NCBI RefSeq assembly: GCF_009914755.1
Contig: NC_060928.1
DNA: 64,000 nt
Strand: one strand, 5' to 3'
From: the human T2T-CHM13v2.0 reference genome, Homo sapiens
The position numbers and the translations under genes are program-made. Under the pieces are notes generated by a model. That model had not been told where the DNA came from. It was given only the letters and a program-made list of their open reading frames with translations, and searched no databases. Position 1 is the first letter of the stretch. Each line of letters starts with the position of its first letter. Of the stretch, positions 53,976-64,000 are shown piece by piece.

Positions 53976-56900
53976 TTCATCTTTAAACAGTCTACACCGA
54001 AAACATTTTTGGAAACATCTTTTCCTTTTGGTAAAACAGGTTAGCAGGCTGACATCAGCTTCATATTCTCATGGCTAAAATCCCCCACGGTTATACAGTT
54101 AAGCATAGCCTTTCTTTGTATTTCTCAAGTTGACACCACTTGATAAAAAACAAAACAATATAAACATTTCTAGATTTTGCCTAAGGCCTTAGCTTTAACT
54201 GCAGAGTAGTGAGTAGGAAATTACAAACATATATTCATTAGCCTTAAACTTACCATCTTACATGCGCACATACCAAAAGGGCAAAAGGAAAGTAAAAAGT
54301 AAGGCACAAAAGGATGCAGTGAGTGTTAGGTCTGTTTACTAAGATTGGCCATAAGAGACATTAACCAACATAATATGACAGACAAGGAAAAAACTGACTA
54401 ATAGAACCTTTTCTTAAAAAGCTGTTAATAGCATATTCAATTATTATCAAATTATTCAGGTTGTGAGACTTCTAAAATGACCAAATTTCTGTGTATGCAA
54501 AACTGGACTTTTTTCAGTTACAAAATAAGGTTGGCCTCAAAAATGCAAAACATAACAAAATCATTTAAGGGTCTGGCAGAGGTTAGTACATCTCAGAAAG
54601 TGGGAAAAGGAAACCCAACTCTTATATGCACCAAATGTGTATGTATTCCAAAAACTTTCTCCGAGTATGAGTCAGACTCACCAGAGCTTTATTATTGTTG
54701 TTTTCAGCTGTTGGTTATTTTCCTCTGTGAAATATAACTCTCAGGATGAACTACTAATTCAATATTAAAGTAACATCAGCAGTAAACACAAATTATCTGT
54801 TTAAATTTTACTAAAATCTATGGAAGCCATAGATGTAGTCTAAGCACATTCTGTAGCCCAGTCCTCAATAACAGTTCTTATTATGAGGTGGTTAAAGACA
54901 CAGAACCACAGTGAAGTGCTGATCATAATATTAGAAAAATTTAATTTATATTTAAATTTACCATTCTGTATATCAAGTGCCTATTGGCTGAACAGAACTG
55001 TATTCAATAATTCATATTCTATAACTTCATTCAACTAATACAAAAAGCTAAATAGAAAGATTTACAGTTGAACACCAGGTTCCTAAGGCTGGCGTCACAT
55101 ATCATTCCCTGATAGAGCGAGAATTCATCAGCAGAGGACCTAAGAACCAAACTGCGAGTTTGATTTAAAATTCCCTTCCCTGCCATGTATAAGTAACACA
55201 TTGTGTAGTGACCAAAAGAATATTCTATGTTCCACCATTTTCTTTTCTAAGCACACTGCCACAGCCCAATGACTTTAAAAACCTAACTCCAATATTTTAC
55301 CTGATAGTTTTAATAAGGGTAGTTGGGTCAAAAAGATAGAAGAGGTTATCTTCGGCAATGATTGGTAATGTATCATCCACTGCCTTCGTCACAGTACAAA
55401 GATAACAAAGGCCAATTATGAGGCTTACCAATCAGTACTAGCGAATTATAATAAATACATCCTTTTTAATACTTATGTGTAGAAATGGGAGTGAGTGAAA
55501 ATGACACTAGGGTGGGGACAAAGGAAAGCCTGAATAGACAGAACTCTTCAAAAACTCTTGTGAATTCTATGCCCTCAAATTTTAAGCCAGGAGGAATAGA
55601 GCTAGAATTCCAAAACCACTGAAAAAGAAAGGGTTAATAATAAAAACCACAGCTGATTTTCTGCATCAGGAATGAAATATTGTAACATATCTATCATTCA
55701 CATGTGAGTTCATGTAATTTATGTTCAATTAGAATTATTATCTATTCAGCAGCTGAAGCCCAAGAACTGCTGATACACTGCAGATGAGAAAACATTTGCT
55801 ACTCTCCCAGCTCTGGCCTTTCTTAAGCTAAATGATGATCACAACAATATAGATCACTTGTTCTATAAAACAATTTTGGCTTACATGTATAGCAAGCTGC
55901 ACTGCCAGCATTTACATTTGCAACAACATTTCAATCCCTTTTTTGACTCTAGAGGTTGCAACTCTTCAGCTTTATTGGTTCAGCAATTTAGTCCCAAATT
56001 CTCATGAAAAATTTACACTTTTTAATCCAGCATTTATTCCCTTGAAATGAGTTACTACACCTATGTAAATTTTTTTAATGTTTGAACCCCAAAGATAAAA
56101 TAAATACATTTTTAAATAACCTTCATGATATTCATAGTTAAATACTTCATCTCAAAATAGTCATTGACTTCCAAGGTGGTCAAGCCAGTGGCCATAGGCG
56201 TCTACCTTACACATGTCTGACCTCATGTTTACAAACAGTCTGGGACAATGTACAACGTCACCAAAATACCAGAAAATCCCTTTCTCATACATAGGTTACA
56301 ATTCCAAATCAATAAGAAAAATGCAGCCCAGAAGGCAACACAGCATTCTCTACCATAGTGTTTTTAAAAGTATGTTCAATGGGCTGTTAACAAATATTTC
56401 ACTTTAAAAAAATGAGTTTCTCTTTGGATAAGGATATATTAAAACTGGGTTATTTAGTGAAGGAATTCTTAGAGCCTTCAATATGCCAACAGGCAGGTTT
56501 GCAAAGGCAGCTCCCAAAATTATTTGTCTGTAAACATTTTCTCCCCATGAGCATCTTTTAGGAACATGATCCACAGAGCTGGGTTTGAGAAACATAGCTT
56601 TGGCATGGTGGCATGTTCAGAAGCTTCAGTAAATCTTCAGGCTATGACATCTCTATTTCTTAAAATAGTCTTAAGTAAGTCTATTTCTTAAATTAACAAC
56701 AAAAATTATTGTTAAAGCCAGTAAGTCTGGAATTTCAGACTCAGAAAAATGAGCACATGGGCAAGTAGAGGGGAATACACCTGTTTATCATACTATGTGA
56801 TTTTCATCTTCCTGGCAAAAATATGTTCAAAAATACCCATGTTAGCTAATTTTGATGATGTCTGTGCACAACATCTGAACAAACTAACCAATATATGCAG

Positions 56901-57142
56901 GCTGCTTAAAGCAAAAACAGTAAGTGGAATAATGTTTTCCCTTATCCAAAAGGAAAAATGCACCAGTGAGCACCATATAAAACAATTTATAATGACATGT
57001 TTGGAATCCGTGACCCTGGTTATCACTTAAGATTCTCTACATAGTATAGTTTGATGACATTTATACAGCTATCTTCTTTGAAGTACTACTGAAAGTTGCT
57101 ATGGTAAACTTCTCTTTACTCAAGGAGTTTATCTACTTTAGA

Positions 57143-57346
57143 GGAGTATTTCTCAACCTCAGCACTAATGACATTTTGGGCTGGATAATTCTTTGTTGTG
57201 GGAGTTGTCCCATGCATTGTAGGATGTTGAGTAGCACCCTGGCCTCTATCCTCTAGATGTTAACAGCATCCCACCAGTTGTGACAACCAAAAATGTCTGC
57301 AGATGCTGTTCAGATAAGCGAATCATCCCCAGTTGAGACCCACTGC
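57143..57346. mobile_element. MER20 DNA transposon in the SEPSECS 3' UTR
   Basis: gtatttctcaacctcagcactaatgacattttgggctggataattctttgttgtggg...cccagttgagacccactg. Confidence 0.85.
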
Positions 57347-57846
57347 TTTTGAGTCAAAACGAAAGTTTATACCTTGACTCTGCTTCCTTGGGGAATGCCC
57401 ATTTTACAGGCACACTGTGACTTACACATCTCAACAAACAACTAGTAACTAGTGGCCTAAGAGATCTTTCTCAATTCTGTGTGATCAGAAACGGTAAAGA
57501 ATGGTTAGGAGGAAGCACTCTACATTTCAAAGAGAATTGAAGTAATTTTACTGTCATTACACTAGTAAAAATTATCTGAGTCATGATGCTTAATTGACAG
57601 ATATTCTAACAATTAGAAAAATGCTAATTGTATATTATAACCTGTTAAGGATCACAAGGATTGATGCAGTCTAAGAATGGGAAACTTAACAATCATCAAT
57701 GGCTAGTTCAGACCAAAGTCTGCTCCTTGACTGAATATTCCCATGAAATTCTCAATTCAAAAATCTCAAGTCTTATCTTTAAACTGCTTGCTTGTACTAC
57801 AGCCTTATCATTTCTTTCAAATGATCAAGAAGAAACCCTTCGCATG

Positions 57847-58194
<348 letters not shown>

Positions 58195-59608
58195 TCACCC
58201 ATAAACAAAAGATATGTGTTACAAAGCCTTACATCCACTTATTACGAAGTTTAAAACAGCCACAAATCATGGCCTACAAAAATAGACTGTATCGACTTTA
58301 AAATGAAATTCTATAATACACTGCTTTTTTACATAAAAAAGTCCTGCCTCGTGATTATCGTTTACTTAACTTCTATTAAAGACCTATAAGCTCTAGGAAT
58401 CTCTTTTGATTTTATTTTTGCCAGTATCTTTTTCTCTTTACCTGAAGCTCTAGGAATCTTAAACACCTCTACATCTTCTTTAAAGAGGTAAAAAGAAAAT
58501 GATTTGGTTTTGTGCCAAATCTGGAATATGACTTCATATATACACACTTTACTGAAATATTGAAATTTGCAAGTCAAACCACTGTAATTGTCATGTGTTA
58601 CCTCAAATAATCAACAAACTAAAAGTCTAACTATCTGATCAGTGCTATACAATGGATAGTTTTAAAGCACAGATACAGAAGAAGTTATGTAACTGTTTAT
58701 AGTGGGGTGGTAGTCAGCAAACAGTAATATTTAGCAAAGGCACCTGCATTTTTAAAGCTTGATTTCACTGGCATATTAGATATAAGCAGATTTCTAATAG
58801 TTTAATCGCTTAGCTTTTTGTTTTTTTCAAAGAAGTCAATTAGGCTCAACCTAAACACACAGACAAATAGTGGCAATACTAAAAGCAATGTCAAGAAAAC
58901 CATTTTAGAAGTGTCAAAACTATATTGTATATAGATGAGTTCATCAAGGTAAAAAGTAAATTAATCTAAGATTTTACTTTTAAAAAGTTGTCCTGTGATA
59001 TAAAATCTCTATCCTCCGGTAGCTACAGAAAAATTATTTAATAGAAGCATGTAAAGTATTTACAGCAAGATATTTCTTTTCAAGTCATTTTTCTCTGACC
59101 TCATCAAATCTAAAATGAAAAATCAGATTCATTTTTCAGGCCATGTATATAGAAGAGGAAAAAGTAAAATTTTCTGAGGCAGTTACATAGGCAAGGATTG
59201 CATACTCTTTTTTTTTAGTTTAGGAAGAAGGCTTTTCCTTAAGAACACTTTCACTTCAATTTAGTGATGAAGATGGCTTATTTCTAATACCATAATGTGA
59301 CTTGCTGAAGATCATCTAACAAAGGAAATAAAGAAAAAAATCTATGTAGAGAGGTAATAAAACTTTGGTTCTGTACATCTATGAAAACAAACAAGATTCA
59401 TGTCTTTTTGTGACTATTTCAGGCATAAGCAGTCCACAGGTGGGCATACAGTAGCCTTACAGATTCTCTAACTCATCATTCTTTACTCCATGATGAATTC
59501 GCAGGTATAGTTCAGGATATACTTGGGGGACTATTGTTGAGGAAAGGTATTTTACTGGAGTTAAGTTTGAAAAGACAAATAAACCCATATCTATCTTAAA
59601 CATACTTA

Positions 59609-59785
<177 letters not shown>

Positions 59786-60727
59786 TTACTTTTTATTCAT
59801 TGTCAAGTGGCACAATTTCACTTTAATGTACTTAATAAATCTTAGGGATTTGTTTATATATCAGACAAAAATATTTTAATGTAAATTAACATCTCCAAAT
59901 ACGAAACAGAATTTCCAATATCAGCCTTCAGGAGAGTAAATTTTTCCAACTAAATAGATGGAACAATAACATGATCAGTGTGGCTGTTTATTCAAATTCA
60001 ACCAAGTTTTAAAAACTTGTAAAGTGAGGATGTGGGACATATTTCAGTACATATATAAAACTAAGTAAGATCAAATTCTGCATATAGAAATGGAAATGAT
60101 CATTCTGAGGCTGTGTGGGTAAACTGGATTGCATACATAGCACCACTCGTAGCTACCATTTACTAAGGACTCGCCATGCTAGATGCTTCACAATCTCAAC
60201 CAATCATTTAACAATTTTGCATGTGAGGGAAAAGGAGGTCAGAGGCTAGGACATGGAAGATTCGGAATTCAAGCTACACAATATCACCTTCTATAACATC
60301 TACATAGATCATAAATCAGCAAAGGACTAATTGGGGTGGTTTTTATTATATATTGGTGTTCAAATGGTATTCCACAGAAGCCCATTCCTAAAAAAGGCTT
60401 CAGCTACAAATGATTCACCTTCCTTACTTTCTTCAGATATATGTGAAATATGAAACATTATATTACATATATTCACAATTTAAAAGGGGGTAATTATGAA
60501 GCTTAAAAGATAATTAAGTTCATAAAAGTCAACATTCACATTATTGTTTTTAGTAGCCCCTACATTACATGATAAAAACACAGTCCTTATATATACAAAT
60601 GAAAATATCATAAATACAAATTTCTCTAACATCCGTAGGCTAAAGAAAACAAGCAATAATGACATTAAAAACAACATAAGAAAAGATTTAATTTCTGATA
60701 TGTTGGGGTTTTGTTAACTGGAGAAAG

Positions 60728-60871
60728 TTTTGTTTATTTGTTTAGTTTAAATAATAGAGACAAGGTTTCACTATGTTGTCCAGGCTGGTTTTGAGCTCCT
60801 GAGCTTAAGTGACCTCCTGCCTCAGCCTCCCAAAGTGCTAGGATTACAGGCGTAGGCCACCAAACCCGACC
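60728..60871 (-). mobile_element. FLAM/Alu left monomer in a SEPSECS intron
   Basis: gagacaaggtttcactatgttg...cccaaagtgctaggattacaggcg; TSD tggagaaag on both sides. Confidence 0.9.
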
Positions 60872-61054
60872 TGGAGAAAGATTTAATTATTTATAAATAG
60901 AGTTATGGTTAGAAACAGGACTTTAAGTATTATTTTCTGCATTTTTGTTATAATACTTAATATTGATTCTTATTCTCTCAGTGTATAGGCTTTATCTTAG
61001 AAATACATTAGAGCATTTCAAAAGCCTAACTAAACTTTTTCAATTTACAAATTA

Positions 61055-61357
<303 letters not shown>

Positions 61358-61539
61358 CTACATTTTAAATTAACTCATCCATGTGCCTTAAGACCAATTC
61401 TCTCCTTTGCCACAATACAGTGAAATTCAAAGCTGCCACAACTATCAGAAGCCACAGGATTTCAGTAAAGGCAAAGAACCAGCACATTTTCTCCCTTCAC
61501 TATTACATATCTATCACAAATCCATCTTCTTCTCAGAAC

Positions 61540-62210
61540 TTCCAGACCTACCACTCTGGTCCTCGTAGCCATCAACCTCTTCCCTGGACACAGCAATAGA
61601 TCCTAAATGATTTTTCTGCCTGTTCTCCACCCTTCTGTAATCTGTTCTACACTCAGAGACTAGAGAGGTCTTTCAAAAGCATACCAGTTCATGCTTCTCC
61701 CCTGATGACTTCCTCCAGTAACTATTAGAAAACCACACTCTTCATCTCTAAGGCCCCACATAATGTGACCCAGCCAATATACTCAACCTAGTGACTATCA
61801 TTTCCCCTAGTCACTACACACCAGTCACATTAGCCTCCTTTCCAATCATTCTAGTGTTCAAACCTTTGTGCTTGCTTTCCCTGCATTTCCTAGATCATTC
61901 CCCAAGTGGTCCCTCTTGGCAAATGCTAAAGACACCTTCCTTTGTTAACTTTGCTATTAAAGTAGCTTTCCAACTCTGCCAATCTCCTTCCCAATCCCAG
62001 TCTCCTTCCAGCATATTACCTATTTTGGTTCCTTCACTATACTTGCCACAATCTGAAATTATCTCATGTATTTGCTTAAATGAATATTGCCTATTACTAC
62101 CCATTACAAGGGAAAAACTCCTTGACCACAAGGACTTTGTCTTCTTCACCACCGTTGCCCCAACACCAAGAAAAATGTGCCAGACTTTAGTATGCAAGTT
62201 ATTTAGGAAA
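61540..62210 (+). mobile_element. Diverged L2 fragment in a SEPSECS intron
   Basis: aatctgttctacac...agagaggtctttcaaaagc; aaggccccacataatgtgaccc; aggactttgtcttcttcaccac. Confidence 0.6.
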
Positions 62211-62306
62211 AGGTAGTTTATAAATGTATTTCCTTTAAATCACACAACATTAAAGTGAACAATTCCCTTACTTCAATTAAAAGAATACAGCAACTCCCAT
62301 AGTCCA

Positions 62307-62390
62307 AGCTTGAGCCCAGGAGTTCAACACCAGCCTGGGTAACATAACAAAAACAAAACCAAAAACAAAAACAAAAACAAAACAAAAAAA
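62307..62390 (+). mobile_element. Short Alu/FLAM fragment with an (AAAAAC)n tail
   Basis: gcttgagcccaggagttcaacaccagcctgggtaacata. Confidence 0.8.
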
Positions 62391-63256
62391 GGCAACTAAA
62401 ACTAAAAATTGTCCCACTCTGAAAAATAAAATATATTCAATAGTAGAAAATATAATAAAAATGTATTTTACAAGTATCAAATGTCACATGTATATAAGTG
62501 GCAGTTTAACAGTTACAGGTAAATATGAAGTTGGCAACTATTTGACCTAAAATTTTACTTTCTTCTCCTCACAAGACCTTTAAAAAGTGTTGAAATCAGT
62601 ATCTGCCCAACTACATCTGCAGCTAAACAAACCCATTTGCACTGAGCTCCTCTAATCACAGAAAAAACATATAAACTCTAAGGATACAACAAACAGCCAG
62701 GGGCTAACAGAGTACCCAAGCAGAGACAGCAAGAAATGACACTTCCCCAACCTCAAAGGCCAAGATACTCTCATCCCACACTGAGTCCCAGAGGAATTTT
62801 TTTCATGTCTGAAGCACACAGATGACTAACTCCATCTTTTGTTAGGTAAAGATTAAGAGGAAAATTCCTACTAGGTTTATGAATTATTAATGAGTCTACT
62901 TAAGACCACAAACATTTTCACTTCTGTCAACCCAGTACACATATTTTATATTCTCACCTAAAAATTTTTGAATAATCATTTTTAAATTTTAGGATACTTC
63001 ATAAAATTAATTCTCAGAATGTTGGAATTACAAAAATCTTAGATCACTAAAATAAATTCATTCCTTTTATATTCAAAAAGTTAACATCTACTATGGCCAT
63101 ACCTAATGAAGCTATTAATAAATGTTACTGCTACATGTGATAAGCCTTTCTCTTTCGTTATTTAAAGTATAGAGAAATATTTAAGGAGACAAATGTCATT
63201 ATCATTTCCAGAAACAAAAAAAAAGCATCTTTTCTTAGACATATAAAAATATCCTG

Positions 63257-63590
63257 GGCCAAGCATGGTGGCTCACGCCTGTAATCCCAGCATTGTTGGG
63301 AGGCTGAGGCAGGTGGATCACCTGAGGTCAGGAGTTCGAGACCAGCCTGGCCAACATGGTGAAACCCCTTATCTACTGAAAATACAAAATTAGCCAGGCA
63401 TGGTGGTGTGAGCCTGTAATCCCAGCTACTCAGAGGCTGAGGCATGAGATTCACTTGAGCCTGGGAGGCAGAGGTTGCAGTGAGCCAAGATTGTGCCAGT
63501 TTCACCACGCTGGTCTGGCTGGTCTCAAACTCCTGACCTCAGGTGATCCACCCGCCTCGGCCTCCCAAAGTGCTGGGATTACACCTGGCC
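63257..63590. mobile_element. Fused inverted Alu: sense Alu 63257-63498 joined to an antisense left arm 63499-63590
   Basis: ...gagccaagattgtgcca|gtttcaccacgctgg...gtgctgggattacacctggcc; no A tail or spacer at the junction. Confidence 0.92.
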
Positions 63591-64000
63591 CTGGTCCCTC
63601 TTTCTTAACCCAATATTCCCATACTACGAAAGGTGAAACAATAAGATAATCAAATGGAACAAATCAACAGTTTTTCCAGCAATTAGAACAACTCATAATT
63701 TTTTAGTAACACACCAGGGTTAATAAAGAGGAGGATTCCTGGGTTTCATCCATATATTTTCATCTCCTATAAAGTAATTAGGTTACTAATTTAAATGCTC
63801 TGTTTGTTTTTAAAGCAGTCACATATTTTCATTTAGATATTAAATGCTGATTTTTCTTCACTTATATAATTCACCAAAGTCTTAACTGGCCTCTGCCTTT
63901 CCAATTTACTCTGAAATTCATCAACCTCCCATAGGCAGAAACAAATCTCACAGGCAGGAAATGCCTTTTACAGAGCCCTACCTCCTACAAACCGCCTAAC

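Larger units (their letters stand above)
53930..57846 (-). other. SEPSECS: SEPSECS 3' UTR (terminal exon)
   Basis: AT-rich, Alu-free sequence between the stop codon and the paired AATAAA signals. Confidence 0.7.

Noticed and set aside
53930-57846. SECIS element in the SEPSECS 3' UTR
   Set aside because: No convincing AUGA/AA/GA kink-turn stem by eye, and SepSecS is not a known selenoprotein; SECISearch would be decisive.

Overview
This is primate (very probably human) genomic DNA, about half interspersed repeats. The only protein-coding content I can support is the last three coding exons and the ~3.9-kb 3' UTR of SEPSECS (O-phosphoseryl-tRNA(Sec) selenium transferase) on the minus strand, at ~53930-61273; the gene continues past the right edge. 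The three exons splice with canonical GT-AG sites into one continuous frame. From memory, this places the window on 4p15.2 between LGI2 and SEPSECS. Positions 1-53900 are intergenic and contain Alu, MIR/L2, old L1, MaLR (THE1/MST/MLT) LTRs, a solo LTR2 (HERV-E) and MER DNA transposons. Two CpG-rich stretches (~22.4-23.0 kb and ~29.5-30.6 kb) look like regulatory elements. I found no new multi-gene system. The most unusual signals are: (1) a ~120-bp near-identical copy of unique sequence from 48.3 kb inserted into an old L2 at 52.4 kb; (2) a fused fold-back Alu in the SEPSECS intron; (3) inverted Alus bracketing a frame-shifting SEPSECS exon; (4) an orphan CpG island with MEF2/EGR-type sites; (5) a pure (GGAA)16 microsatellite. 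Repeat subfamily names come from recalled consensus sequences, and repeat boundaries are approximate.
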